A stretch of 64,000 nt of DNA from a virus: positions 32,001-96,000 of the IMG/VR virus record IMGVR_UViG_3300036399_001571, one strand, 5' to 3'. Positions 35,671-45,806 of the stretch are shown piece after piece. The position numbers and the translations under genes were made by a program. Within the stretch, counting starts at the first letter, position 1; the number at the start of each line of letters is the position of its first letter. Below the pieces are notes generated by a model. That model was not told the DNA's origin. It worked only from the letters and a program-made list of their open reading frames with translations, and made no database searches.

Positions 35671-38082
35671 TCAACTAACAAGGGCCTGAATACCCCAGTA
35701 CCCAGCAGTAATGCCTGATACTGGGTCTTGGTCATAAGTTGCAAATCCTCCGGATATACCAGTTCCACTTGCGGTTCTAGGCGCAGTGTGCAGACCAACT
35801 GCAGTATCTCCTGCAGTAGCTCCGCCGGTACCAGTTGCTGTAAGTGGAGTTGTTATTAGTTGAGTTGTTGACTGCGAACTTTGACCATGTGCTGATGCTG
35901 TTCTTAGGATTGTCAGCAATTGAACTAATGATGATGAACCATTTCCATTTCCATTTGCAGCTCTTGGTGCTGTGTGCAGACCTATCGCTATGTCCCCAAC
36001 GGTTGCGCCACCAGAAGCAGTTGCTGAACGCAAATTGCCATGAAGGGTTAGGTTGCTAGAGCCGCTAGTTCCTGTTCCAGTTGCGGTTCTTGGTGCTGTG
36101 TGCAATCCGACAGCAGTATCTCCTGCCGTAGCTCCGCCTGATGCAGTTGCCCCTCTCGGTGAAGTGTGCTTTCCGATTGCTGTTTGTGTCGCTGTTCCAG
36201 AAGATATTGATGTTCTATAAAGAATCTTGAATTCGTTAGTGCTTTGGCTTCCAGTTCCAGAACCAGTTGCACTTCTAGGAGCGATATGTAGACAAATCGC
36301 TTCATCTCCAGCTGTCGCTCCACCAGATGCAGTTGCGGAGCGGAGATTACTGTGAAGAGTCGTATTGCTTGACCCACCAGTTCCAAAACCTGATGCAGTG
36401 CGTGGAGCAGTATGCAATCCGATTGCAGTATCGCCAGCAGTCGCAGAGCCAGAGCCATATCCGGTTCGTAGATTCGAGTACAGAATTGTGTTATTCGAAG
36501 TTCCAGCACCAGAACCAGAAGCAGTTCTAATGAATGTTGTAATAATCGATGCTGAAGAATCACCAGTTCCAGAACCGTTTGCATCTCGTGGTGCAGTATG
36601 CAAACCAGTTGAATCCTCTGAACCCTGACCGGACGCGCCTCCTGTTCTGATTGGAGTCTTAAATGATGCAGTACTTTCTGAACCGACTCCATCTCCACTG
36701 GCTGAACGAGGTGCGGTATGGAGGCCAATCGCTTCGTCATTAACAGTTGCTCCACCATCACCGTATGCGGTTCTAATTTTTCCATATCTAAATGATGCAA
36801 GAGACCCAGACTGTCCTGATGCTGTTCCAGTTCTATAAACTGTGTGCAATTGCTCTGAAGTTGAAGAGCCGCTTCCATTAGCTGAAACAGTTCTAAAGAA
36901 TGTGCTCTTTTCTTCAGATGTCTCTGAACCTGTTCCACTTGCAGATGCTGTTCTAAGCGAAGAGTGAAGAATCGTTGCTTCATCACCAGCTGTAGCCGAA
37001 CCAGAACCATATCCAGTTCTGATATTTGAATACAGAACAGAGTTATTTGATGAACCAGTGCCCGATGCAGATGCCGTTCTCGGATGAGTGAACAGCTGAG
37101 AAACTGATGAATCTCCATCGCCAGAACCATTTGCTGTTCGTGGCGCTGTATGCAGACCATTTGAAGAATCAGAAGATTGTCCTGCTGCAGAACCTGTTCT
37201 GACTGGGGTCTTAAATGATGATGAACTTTCAGAACCGCTTCCAGAAGCACTTGCAGTTCTGAGACTTGAATGAAGGATTAATGCAGTGTCACCTGCAGTT
37301 GCGGAACCTGAACCTTGAGCGGTTCTAAGGTTCGAATGAACGATTGAGTTGTTTGATGTTCCAGAACCACTAGCTGAAGCAGTTCTAAGATGCGTGTGAA
37401 GGGCGGAAACAAATGAATCGCCATTTCCTGAACCGGTAACACTTCTTGGTGAAATGATAAGTCGTGTTGCAGACTCGCTTGACGTTCCATCTGCAGTTGC
37501 TGTTCTTGGGGATGTGTGCAGTCCAGTTGCAGTTGAACCACTTGTTGCTGAACCGGAAGCAGAAACAACAGCTGTTCTAACTCTTGTTGATGATTCACTG
37601 GACTGACCAGAACCAGTTGCCCCTCTAGGAGCTGTGTGAAGACCAATTGCTTCGTCACCAGCTGTCGCCCCACCTGATGCACTTGCAGCTCTAAGGAATG
37701 TTATTACTTCACTTAGATTGCTTGAAGAGCCGGTTCCGCTTCCGCTTGCTGTTCTTGGCGAGATATGCAAGCCAGTTGCAGAGCTGTTTCCGGCTGCAGA
37801 AGCAGAGGCTTGTCTTGGTGAGACGTGTAGACCAATTGCTTCGTCTCCCGCAGTTGCAGAACCAGAGCCAGTGGCCCCTCGTGGAGAAATATGTACCGAG
37901 ACAATAGCGTGGCTAGATGTAGCAGATGCTGAAGCGGTTCTTATCGCCGTATGAAGTTGCGATACGGACGAAGAACCGATTGCTGTAGCGGAGGCAGTCT
38001 CCGATACTGTTTTAAATCCTACATAGAACGACGACGTCCCTCGGAACGGCTCCGAGAAACTAATTATCTCTTGTTCATCCAT
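35671..38082 (-). CDS. Ser/Gly/Thr/Ala-rich repeat protein (20/22-aa units)
   Basis: About 36-38 units of xLHTxPRTASGSGxGSSSxx by eye, with an ATAGD(E/T)A 22-aa variant. Confidence 0.85.
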   Translation of the reverse strand: MDEQEIISFSEPFRGTSSFYVGFKTVSETASATAIGSSSVSQLHTAIRTASASATSSHAIVSVHISPRGATGSGSATAGDEAIGLHVSPRQASASAAGNSSATGLHISPRTASGSGTGSSSNLSEVITFLRAASASGGATAGDEAIGLHTAPRGATGSGQSSESSTRVRTAVVSASGSATSGSTATGLHTSPRTATADGTSSESATRLIISPRSVTGSGNGDSFVSALHTHLRTASASGSGTSNNSIVHSNLRTAQGSGSATAGDTALILHSSLRTASASGSGSESSSSFKTPVRTGSAAGQSSDSSNGLHTAPRTANGSGDGDSSVSQLFTHPRTASASGTGSSNNSVLYSNIRTGYGSGSATAGDEATILHSSLRTASASGTGSETSEEKSTFFRTVSANGSGSSTSEQLHTVYRTGTASGQSGSLASFRYGKIRTAYGDGGATVNDEAIGLHTAPRSASGDGVGSESTASFKTPIRTGGASGQGSEDSTGLHTAPRDANGSGTGDSSASIITTFIRTASGSGAGTSNNTILYSNLRTGYGSGSATAGDTAIGLHTAPRTASGFGTGGSSNTTLHSNLRSATASGGATAGDEAICLHIAPRSATGSGTGSQSTNEFKILYRTSISSGTATQTAIGKHTSPRGATASGGATAGDTAVGLHTAPRTATGTGTSGSSNLTLHGNLRSATASGGATVGDIAIGLHTAPRAANGNGNGSSSLVQLLTILRTASAHGQSSQSTTQLITTPLTATGTGGATAGDTAVGLHTAPRTASGTGISGGFATYDQDPVSGITAGYWGIQALVS

Positions 38083-38104
38083 GAGGGGTCACTCCCCTTG
38101 TGGA

Positions 38105-38473
38105 TTAGTCGAGTGTTAGTGTAAGAGAAGTAATCTCGAAAGTGTCGCCTGCAGTAACTGAAGCGTTTGCAGAAAGAGCACCGTACCAGAGGCAGTTGCC
38201 AGCTGTTGAGTTGTCCCACATTGACCAGTGTGAGTATGTCTCTGTTGCAGCTACAAGTAACCACTCAACAGTTGCTGTTGAAGTCTTTGAACCGCCAGAT
38301 GCAGCGCCAAAAGCGACAGCCTTTCGGTCTGTTTCTACTGCAGGGTTGCCGGTTCCATTTTCGCCCGGGTCCCCAAGATGAAGCTTGAGATAAGTAGCAG
38401 AAGCCGAGTATGCCGAACCCGAACCATCCAAGGTATCGAGTAGCTCGTTTTCTAAGTAGTTTGAAATTGTCAT
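38105..38473 (-). CDS. Phage tail / virion structural protein
   Basis: ISNYLENELLD...YLKLHLGDPGE...W...TAGNCLWYGAL...VTAGDTF. Confidence 0.8.
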   Translation of the reverse strand: MTISNYLENELLDTLDGSGSAYSASATYLKLHLGDPGENGTGNPAVETDRKAVAFGAASGGSKTSTATVEWLLVAATETYSHWSMWDNSTAGNCLWYGALSANASVTAGDTFEITSLTLTLD

Positions 38474-38529
38474 GTGAATGATACCTTTTCGCTAGGGGCC
38501 GGTTAATACCGCTTGCTAATAGAATACAC

Positions 38530-38964
38530 CTATGGAGTGAACTCTATTTGAACAGTTAGGTCCATTCCTGGATTTAATGAACCAACAGTGTCAATATCAA
38601 CAGTTATGTAGTCACCTGCAGAAAACTCTTTGATATTCGGTGTAGACGTTGACACAAGAGTTTGACCAGCAAAAATTTTGGGCCTGTTTGCTTGGGTGGT
38701 GAAAACGGTTGTCCCATTTTTGTTCACATCTATGGTTATGTCCGCCCCTGTTGGCGCTGTACCAACAGATGCTCTGACGTTTCCGAGAGTAATTGGCCCC
38801 GGGATATAGAACTTTGCCCTACCTGTTCCCACGCTCAGGGTTCCAGGAACGGTAAAAACCTGCACCTGGTAAGTGAACTGCTGAACCCCAGGAGCACGCG
38901 TAGTTGTAACGAGAACCCTGTTAGGGGTTTCTGTCGTAATTACTTGGACAACATTCTGCGTCAT
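38530..38964 (-). CDS. Virion structural protein
   Basis: VRASVGTAPTGADITIDVNKNGTTVF...GDYITVDID.VGS..PG.DL. Confidence 0.7.
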   Translation of the reverse strand: MTQNVVQVITTETPNRVLVTTTRAPGVQQFTYQVQVFTVPGTLSVGTGRAKFYIPGPITLGNVRASVGTAPTGADITIDVNKNGTTVFTTQANRPKIFAGQTLVSTSTPNIKEFSAGDYITVDIDTVGSLNPGMDLTVQIEFTP

Positions 38965-39371
38965 CGCGTCACCTCTTTGGAGAGGATAAAGTCACCCTCA
39001 AGAATTCTGTCTACTTCATTTGAGGGCGAGATTATCTCAATGTCATAAACGCCGGATGTTGATATCGCCCTGGTGTCCTCGGCCCGTATAAAAAGATTTA
39101 TCGTTCCGTCATCTGGGTCTGCATTCCCAAGAATTATTCTAAATGTTGATATGTTCTCAGTTGTCAGGGTGGCAATTGGTGTTGCCGAATCAATGTACTT
39201 TCTAACCTGCATTCTTGCTGTGTATCCAGTTAAGTCCCAAATCAGGAATTCTGGGCAAACTTCTGGGTCTTCGCAATTCCCTGGATAATCCGGGTTCGTG
39301 TACTGCAGGGTCAGTTGGAGGTCAAAAGTTGACCCTTGCTGACAAGTTATATTGTATTTTCCCGCAACCAT
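38961..39371 (-). CDS. Virion structural protein (baseplate/tail-associated)
   Basis: YNITCQQGSTF...DLTGYTARMQVRK...GVYDIEI...RILEGDF; start moved to MVAGK. Confidence 0.75.
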   Translation of the reverse strand: MVAGKYNITCQQGSTFDLQLTLQYTNPDYPGNCEDPEVCPEFLIWDLTGYTARMQVRKYIDSATPIATLTTENISTFRIILGNADPDDGTINLFIRAEDTRAISTSGVYDIEIISPSNEVDRILEGDFILSKEVTR

Positions 39372-39444
39372 TGACACGGTTTTCTCCAATCATTGACCTA
39401 GAAGATTGTAGATTAGAACACGTCGACTTGGTCGGTAGTTAGCA

Positions 39445-39660
39445 TCAAATTGCTGAAGCAGAGTCCTTATTTGGTCCGACCTTCTTGAGACCCATTGACA
39501 TTGCCACTGAGAGAGCAACGGCTGTAACTCCAACTTTCAAATTGCTCTGGTTGACCAAACCATCAAAGTCGGCTCCAGTAGCAACCCATGCGGCAAGGTA
39601 GGCCTGAAGAAAAGTTCTGACTGCTCGCTCAACTGTGTCTTTAACAAATTTGCTTTCCAT
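39445..39660 (-). CDS. Holin, r1t-like
   Basis: KDTVERAVRTFLQA; two hydrophobic segments; GAGGAG RBS before ATG 39660. Confidence 0.75.
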   Translation of the reverse strand: MESKFVKDTVERAVRTFLQAYLAAWVATGADFDGLVNQSNLKVGVTAVALSVAMSMGLKKVGPNKDSASAI

Positions 39661-39743
39661 ATCTATCTCCTCAATCTTTCGGTATACCCAATTTACCACA
39701 CCTGCCTACTCTGCAACTTTTTGGATTCTGCTAAAGTCTCGGC

Positions 39744-40841
39744 GTGGCTCCAAAAAAACGAAAACCAACAATCGGTTTCTTGACCAGCGACTGGTCATGG
39801 GGGACTGACCCACTTCAGCCAAACGGCTGTGCGTGGTATAGATGCAAACTGCCTTCTGACGAACTAAACAAAAGGGGCTGGTTCACTACCGTTGGTTTCC
39901 CTGGTTTCAATCCACAACGCGGATTTGGGATGGTTGTACCTGGAGACAAGGCTGTCCACGGCTGGGACATTATTGTTTTCAAGCTTTTAATGCAGCGTGC
40001 GGTTTTGGAGGCGATGCCGCGAGCCAAGGAGCTTGGTCAAAAAATAGTTGTCGACATAGATGACTGGTTCGATGGTTTGGCTGTAACCAATCGCGCACAT
40101 GCAGCAACTGACCCCAAAAACAATCCAGACAATAACCGTGAAATTTATGCTGAAATAATCATGCGGGCTGATGCGGTAATTACATCAACTCCGTTTCTTT
40201 TTGATTATTACGCAAAGAAGCGCGACAACGTATTCCTGGTTAGAAATGGGATTGATATTAATAGGTGGAGACCACGAACCCCAAGAATGAACCATCGGTT
40301 AAAACTTGGCTGGGTTGGTGCGACCCCGTGGCGTTCCAACGACCTGGAGACACTTTCGCCGTTTTTAGGTAAATACCTAGTGAGCAGAAAGATGGGTTTT
40401 CATCACTCTGGACACACATTAAACGGAGCTCCATTTGCCAATAAACAACTTGGGATACCAGACAACATAACAAGAACCTCTCCATTAGTTCCGATTATGT
40501 CTTATCCGAAACTGTTTGAGCCAATCGACATAGGGATGGTTCCACTTAGCAATGTCCCTTTTAATCATGCAAAGTCGTTCATTAAAGGTCTTGAGTACGC
40601 AGCTGCTGGGGTTCCCTTTATATCTTCTTACTCTCCTGAGTACAAATACCTAGCCGATAAGGGTATTGGCAGAGTTGCCTATACGGCAGATGACTGGATT
40701 TATCATTTTGATGAATTGAGGATAACTCAAATCAGAAGAGATGAAATAGAGCACAATTTAGAGATGCTGAAGGATTTTACGATAGACAAAAGAGGTGAAG
40801 ATTGGGATGCCACTTTTAGGGTGATTTTGGAAAAAATATAG
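39744..40841 (+). CDS. Glycosyltransferase, GT-B (GT4-like)
   Basis: G..WYR..LP, VDIDD, DAVITSTPFL, LGWVG, DIGMVPL...FN.AKS.IK.LEYAAAGVP. Confidence 0.85.
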   Translation: MAPKKRKPTIGFLTSDWSWGTDPLQPNGCAWYRCKLPSDELNKRGWFTTVGFPGFNPQRGFGMVVPGDKAVHGWDIIVFKLLMQRAVLEAMPRAKELGQKIVVDIDDWFDGLAVTNRAHAATDPKNNPDNNREIYAEIIMRADAVITSTPFLFDYYAKKRDNVFLVRNGIDINRWRPRTPRMNHRLKLGWVGATPWRSNDLETLSPFLGKYLVSRKMGFHHSGHTLNGAPFANKQLGIPDNITRTSPLVPIMSYPKLFEPIDIGMVPLSNVPFNHAKSFIKGLEYAAAGVPFISSYSPEYKYLADKGIGRVAYTADDWIYHFDELRITQIRRDEIEHNLEMLKDFTIDKRGEDWDATFRVILEKI

Positions 40842-40850
40842 GCCACCGTA

Positions 40851-41507
40851 ATGAGCGATATAGATTTTACATTTGGCATAATCACTGTCTACGAGGACAA
40901 GCAAAGACTTGACGAAATAATAGACAATATTCGAAGTTTAAAAATTCCAAGATTTGAAATACTTATTGTTGGTGGTGGTGATTCATCTGGTATTGATGGA
41001 CCAGACATTGTGAAAATTGACTTTGACGAATCAGTTAAACCAAAGTGGATTACAAGGAAGAAAAACATTCTTGTTCAGAATGCAAAGTACGAGAATATTG
41101 TGCTGATGCATGACTATCACGTATTTGACGCGAGCTGGTATGAGGAGTTCAAGAAGTTTGGTACAGACTGGGAAATCTGTTCGTGCCCCCAGTACCTAAT
41201 CAATGGCGACAGAAATCCAATGGATTGGTCACTTTGGGACAAGCCAGGACATGGGCGCGCCTGGTCGCTTGATTACAACGACTGGACGCAAACACAATAT
41301 ATGTACATATCTGGTGGATTCTTCATGATTAAAAAGCACGTCATGATTGAGGAACCTCTTGATGAATCGCGCGGGTGGAACGAAGAAGAAGACGTTGAGT
41401 GGTCAATGCGTGTGCGCAACAAATACGTAATGAAGTGCAACGGAAATAGTATTGTTCGTCACAACAAGTGGCACAGACATGCAGGGCCCAATCCAAATGA
41501 AAAATAA
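40851..41507 (+). CDS. Glycosyltransferase, GT-A (GT2-like)
   Basis: FTFGIIT...EILIVG...KKNIL...AKYENIVLMHDY...ISGGFF...EEDVEW. Confidence 0.8.
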   Translation: MSDIDFTFGIITVYEDKQRLDEIIDNIRSLKIPRFEILIVGGGDSSGIDGPDIVKIDFDESVKPKWITRKKNILVQNAKYENIVLMHDYHVFDASWYEEFKKFGTDWEICSCPQYLINGDRNPMDWSLWDKPGHGRAWSLDYNDWTQTQYMYISGGFFMIKKHVMIEEPLDESRGWNEEEDVEWSMRVRNKYVMKCNGNSIVRHNKWHRHAGPNPNEK

Positions 41508-42870
41508 CTTTCTTGTCATCTTCGACCTCGATGGGGTTCTGATTGAATCACGAGAAGTCCACTACGATTCGCTGAACATCGCTCTAAGTCGAATTGGACA
41601 AGAGTATGTTATTTCCGAAGAAGAGCACCTATCCAGATATGACGGCCTTGGAACAACAACAAAACTAAAGATGCTCACCGAGGAAAAGGGTTTACCAGAG
41701 TCAGCGCATCAGCAAGTCTGGGAAGACAAGCAAAAAGCTACTCTTCAAATACTTTCAGGTTTTCCCAAAAACTATATAGCCATTGACATAATGCAGACCC
41801 TTAAAGAAAAGGGTTGGCGAATAGCTGTTGCGTCAAACGCTATAAGAGACACTGTAATTACAGCACTAGATGCAATTGGCGTACTCAAATATGTCAGTTA
41901 CATAATGAGCAATGAAGATGTAAGGAACCACAAACCTCATCCTGAAATGTATTGGCAATGCATGGTCTCCCTTGATGCGACACCAGCAAATACTATAATT
42001 ATTGAGGATTCCCATATCGGCAGGGAAGGTGCGCTTAGTTCTGGGGCAAACCTACATGCAATAAAGAACGCCAGCGACTTAAGCAAAGAACGTTTAATGC
42101 GCTTTGTTGATGAAATAGAAACAAGAGGCAAGAAGCCTGTTGCGTGGAGGAATGAAAAAATGAATGTTTTAATACCAATGGCTGGAGCTGGTTCGCGTTT
42201 TGCGCAGGCTGGATATACGTTTCCAAAACCGCTAATCGAAGTTAACGGGAAGCCAATGATTCAAGTTGTTGTTGAGAACTTGAATATTGATGCTCACTTC
42301 ATATTCCTTGTTCAAAAAGAACATTACGAGAAATACAACCTAAAACAAGTATTAGGACTCATCAAGCCAGGTTGCGACATTGTTTTAGTTGATGGAATGA
42401 CCGAAGGTGCTGCATGCACGACGCTTTTGGCATCTGGTCTAATAGATAACGACGAACCATTATTGATGGCAAACTCCGACCAGATAGTGGACTGGAATAG
42501 CAACGAGTGCTTGTACGCATTTGGAGCAGAAGGTGTTGATGGTGGGATTCTTACATTTAAGGCAACTCATCCAAAGTGGTCATACGCGAAGCTTGGGGAT
42601 GACGGCCTTGTCGATGAGGTTGCAGAAAAGAACCCAATTTCAGATAATGCCACAGTTGGAATTTATTACTGGAAGCACGGCTCGGATTACGTGAAATACG
42701 CAAATCAAATGATTGAAAAAGACATCAGAACTAATAATGAGTTCTATGTTTGCCCAGTATTCAATGAAGCAATTCAAGATGGGAAAAAGATTCGGATAAA
42801 GGAAGTTCCAAAGATGTGGGGTATTGGAACACCGGAAGACCTCAATTACTACTTGGAGAACAACAAATGA
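41497..42870 (+). CDS. HAD phosphatase fused to a sugar-phosphate nucleotidyltransferase-like domain
   Basis: FDLDGVL, ASNA, KPHP, IEDS (HAD); IPMAGAGSRF...PKPLI, GAACT, NSDQ, GTPEDL (NTP transferase). Confidence 0.85.
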   Translation: MKNNFLVIFDLDGVLIESREVHYDSLNIALSRIGQEYVISEEEHLSRYDGLGTTTKLKMLTEEKGLPESAHQQVWEDKQKATLQILSGFPKNYIAIDIMQTLKEKGWRIAVASNAIRDTVITALDAIGVLKYVSYIMSNEDVRNHKPHPEMYWQCMVSLDATPANTIIIEDSHIGREGALSSGANLHAIKNASDLSKERLMRFVDEIETRGKKPVAWRNEKMNVLIPMAGAGSRFAQAGYTFPKPLIEVNGKPMIQVVVENLNIDAHFIFLVQKEHYEKYNLKQVLGLIKPGCDIVLVDGMTEGAACTTLLASGLIDNDEPLLMANSDQIVDWNSNECLYAFGAEGVDGGILTFKATHPKWSYAKLGDDGLVDEVAEKNPISDNATVGIYYWKHGSDYVKYANQMIEKDIRTNNEFYVCPVFNEAIQDGKKIRIKEVPKMWGIGTPEDLNYYLENNK

Positions 42871-43574
42871 GCAAAAGTAAAAAAGATTATCTAGCTATGC
42901 AAAATTCGTATTATGACGAATATGCATCAAAATGGTCGCTTGACTTCAGAGACCCAGTTGTTGGCTCGTACGACGCACACAATAACTGGTCAGACTATGA
43001 CAATTTCTTATTCAAGGACTTTGATACAAATGGTCTTGTAGCACTTGAATATGGATGCGGACCTGGGAGAAACTTGGTCAAGTTTGCAGACAGATTTGCT
43101 CGAGTTGACGGAATTGATATATCTGATGTAAATATAGAAAAAGCCAGAATCAATACAAAAGCAAATAATATTTCAGAGCCAAATCTCTATGTAACCAGCG
43201 GAGATAATCTTTCAGCAATTGAGGACGACATTTACGATGTTGTTTTTGCAGTTATTTGTTTTCAGCATATTTGCGTGCATGAAATCAGATTTAACATCCT
43301 TAAAGACATCTTCAGAGTCTTGAAGCCAGGTGGAAAGTTGTGTTTCCAGATGGGGTACGGCGGAAAAGGTGAAATACCGACTGCTGGCTATTACGACAAT
43401 AACTACGATGCTGGAAGCACTAATGGTCACTCGGATGTAAGCATCCAGGATGAGCAAACACTTTTTGATGACCTGGTTGGCAAAATTGGTTTCACGAACT
43501 TTAAATACGACATTAGGCCAACTGGCCCTGGTGATAACCACAAGAACTGGATATGGGTTCAGGTTGAAAAATGA
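42867..43574 (+). CDS. Class I SAM-dependent methyltransferase
   Basis: ALEYGCGPGR, GIDIS, YDVVFAVICFQH, LKPGG. Confidence 0.9.
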   Translation: MSKSKKDYLAMQNSYYDEYASKWSLDFRDPVVGSYDAHNNWSDYDNFLFKDFDTNGLVALEYGCGPGRNLVKFADRFARVDGIDISDVNIEKARINTKANNISEPNLYVTSGDNLSAIEDDIYDVVFAVICFQHICVHEIRFNILKDIFRVLKPGGKLCFQMGYGGKGEIPTAGYYDNNYDAGSTNGHSDVSIQDEQTLFDDLVGKIGFTNFKYDIRPTGPGDNHKNWIWVQVEK

Positions 43575-44845
43575 TTTACATATCTCACAGAGGAAACACA
43601 ACAGGTCCAAAACCAGAATTTGAGAATCATCCAGACTATGTGGAGGAAGCAATAGCAAATGGTTTTGACGTAGAAGTAGACCTTTGGGTTAACGAGTCTG
43701 GGATATTTCTTGGCCACGATAGCCCTCAATACTCAGTGCCTAAAGAATGGCTTATCGATAGGACGCATCAGTTATGGGTCCATTGCAAAAATCCAGAGGC
43801 TCTTAGCTTTTCACTGCATTATCAATTGCATTGTTTTTTCCACAATACGGACGATTACACAATTACAAGCAGGGGTTATGTTTGGGCATACCCAGGTAAA
43901 AAATCAACTTCAGATAAATGTATAAATGTTTTGCCAGAGCGTTCATGGTGGGAAATTGATTCCAATTGGAAAATAGGTTTTTCAGGTGTTTGTTCAGACT
44001 TTGTTGGGATGTTAAATAAACCACAAATCAAGATACCTGATGCTCCAGTATTCAAGCCAATTGACTATGACAAACATTTCGTAATTGGAACACCGCTTGT
44101 TGCCTGGAAATGTGACGCTAAAGAACACTTGAACTGGCTGTCAGACAGAGTTGAGATATGTCGAAAGTTCCCAAATGTGAAATGGTTTTCTGCATTCGAG
44201 GTTGACAACAGAGGGATAGAGCCTTTTGCAGAAGTAATTGAAGCTCTTCGTGAAGTAAATGGGGATTACTGGACATACTCCATAAACGACATGCAAGCCA
44301 AAGTGGATTCCGGAAACAGATGGATTCGCATAGAAACCGGCAGAAACCTAATAAGAGAATTTGCTCAAAGAAACAGAGTGACAAGCGGTCATCATTGGGG
44401 CGAAGATTGCACTGAATTGAATTATGGCGTAATTAATTACTCTGCAGTACTTTACATAGATTCTGACATGTCTCTTGATAGCAACGCTATTGAAAAAATG
44501 CTTGAAGTCAACAGGCCTCTAGTGGGTGTGGATGTTCCTGCCTACTGCCTGTCTGGTCCAATCATTAACCAGGAACCAAGAATTGAAGAGCACTGGAATA
44601 CCGCAGGAGCGCTTCTTGTTAATGCTCCGGCGTTCTATGACTTGCCATGGTCGCACAATGCTTATCTAAACCTGAGTGATGACCCGACGTTCCAGTCCAT
44701 GGCCGAGAGATTGTTGCGCAGAGAAGGTGCTGAGAATCTTGACACAACATACGGAATGACTTGGGTTAGAAAAGACGTGCAGGCAAAGCACGAAGGCAAG
44801 CTAGTGGCTGTTGAGCAAAGGAAGATAGCGGACAGAGCTATTTGA
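43571..44845 (+). CDS. GDPD-like domain fused to a glycosyltransferase-like domain
   Basis: ISHRGN..G.....EN...Y...A...GFDVEVD.W (PLC/GDPD-like); C-half has VIGTP...VLYIDSD (DXD). Confidence 0.7.
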   Translation: MIYISHRGNTTGPKPEFENHPDYVEEAIANGFDVEVDLWVNESGIFLGHDSPQYSVPKEWLIDRTHQLWVHCKNPEALSFSLHYQLHCFFHNTDDYTITSRGYVWAYPGKKSTSDKCINVLPERSWWEIDSNWKIGFSGVCSDFVGMLNKPQIKIPDAPVFKPIDYDKHFVIGTPLVAWKCDAKEHLNWLSDRVEICRKFPNVKWFSAFEVDNRGIEPFAEVIEALREVNGDYWTYSINDMQAKVDSGNRWIRIETGRNLIREFAQRNRVTSGHHWGEDCTELNYGVINYSAVLYIDSDMSLDSNAIEKMLEVNRPLVGVDVPAYCLSGPIINQEPRIEEHWNTAGALLVNAPAFYDLPWSHNAYLNLSDDPTFQSMAERLLRREGAENLDTTYGMTWVRKDVQAKHEGKLVAVEQRKIADRAI

Positions 44846-45725
44846 TTTTTTGATTTAGATACTCATCAATATCTTCGCTAATTGACTTAAGCGAAAACTC
44901 AATCCCTTTTCTCTGTTCTTTTGTTGGCCAACTTGATTCCTGCTCATGGCTTGTTGGCTCCTGGTTCTCCTGTGGGGTCATGACTGGATTCCAATCACGT
45001 TTTCCATTTTCCTGATATCTCTCTTCAACCCATGGGAAAGCTATGCCAATATAATCTCTTTCTCCAAGCAGGAATCCATTTGCGTATCTTTTAACTTTTG
45101 TTCCAGTTCTATCAACTAAAAACTTTTCAAAATTTCCTCTTAGCGGGGGAAATGATTTTTTGTTTTCTGGGTTTAGCAGCTTGTAGTCCGACCAAGGGAC
45201 GTCCTCATCGTGGAACGGCAATCCGTTTTCATCCTTGTCAGCCTCATATGCACCAGTGAGATAATGCCAAAGTGTGTGTTGCTCTTGTTCTTTTACTTTT
45301 CCTGGGACAAAATCAGAGTCATATCGATGCTTGTCATATCTGCCATTAGTAAGTTCTGAAAACTCGTAAGTAACGTCAAAGTGGTCAACTGCATATTTTT
45401 GAGATACCTGCCCAGGAGTCAATTCAAGATTGTTAATTTCGATATATTTCTTAATCCCATCTTGAAATTCTGGATATCCGTGGCAGGTGAAGTCGTCTAC
45501 AACTACAGCAATTATTGAGAAGTCTTTTTCGTCTTTGTACTTTTGATTCAACTCCTCAATAACCGAGTGCTGTGGGATATTTCCACATCCTGCAGCAACG
45601 TTGAATATCAATGTGACTTTTCCTTTTTGGCTTGACAGGATGTCGCTCTTCTTGCCACCCGCAGACTGAAGCTCGATGTCGTATATCGAGATTGGGATAA
45701 TTTTTTCAAAATTGTTGTAAGCCAT
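44838..45725 (-). CDS. Glutathione peroxidase-like protein
   Basis: KGKVTLIFNVAAGCG (peroxidatic Cys), GNFEKFLVDRTG; long insertions. Confidence 0.75.
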   Translation of the reverse strand: MAYNNFEKIIPISIYDIELQSAGGKKSDILSSQKGKVTLIFNVAAGCGNIPQHSVIEELNQKYKDEKDFSIIAVVVDDFTCHGYPEFQDGIKKYIEINNLELTPGQVSQKYAVDHFDVTYEFSELTNGRYDKHRYDSDFVPGKVKEQEQHTLWHYLTGAYEADKDENGLPFHDEDVPWSDYKLLNPENKKSFPPLRGNFEKFLVDRTGTKVKRYANGFLLGERDYIGIAFPWVEERYQENGKRDWNPVMTPQENQEPTSHEQESSWPTKEQRKGIEFSLKSISEDIDEYLNQKIK

Positions 45726-45806
45726 ACGAACATGTTACATCACGAAAATTCATCAGTTTAATAATTTCTGAATGGTAGAATTGGAGGCTCTTTTAAAGGA
45801 GGCACC

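Noticed and set aside
36048-37250. 400-aa alternate-frame ORF inside the repeat gene
   Set aside because: Ser/Gly/Ala/Thr codon periodicity removes stops from this frame; the product is low-complexity L/Q/E with no RBS support
37325-37340. GGTTCGAA T-loop-like word
   Set aside because: It lies inside a CDS with no cloverleaf; no tRNA genes were seen in the window
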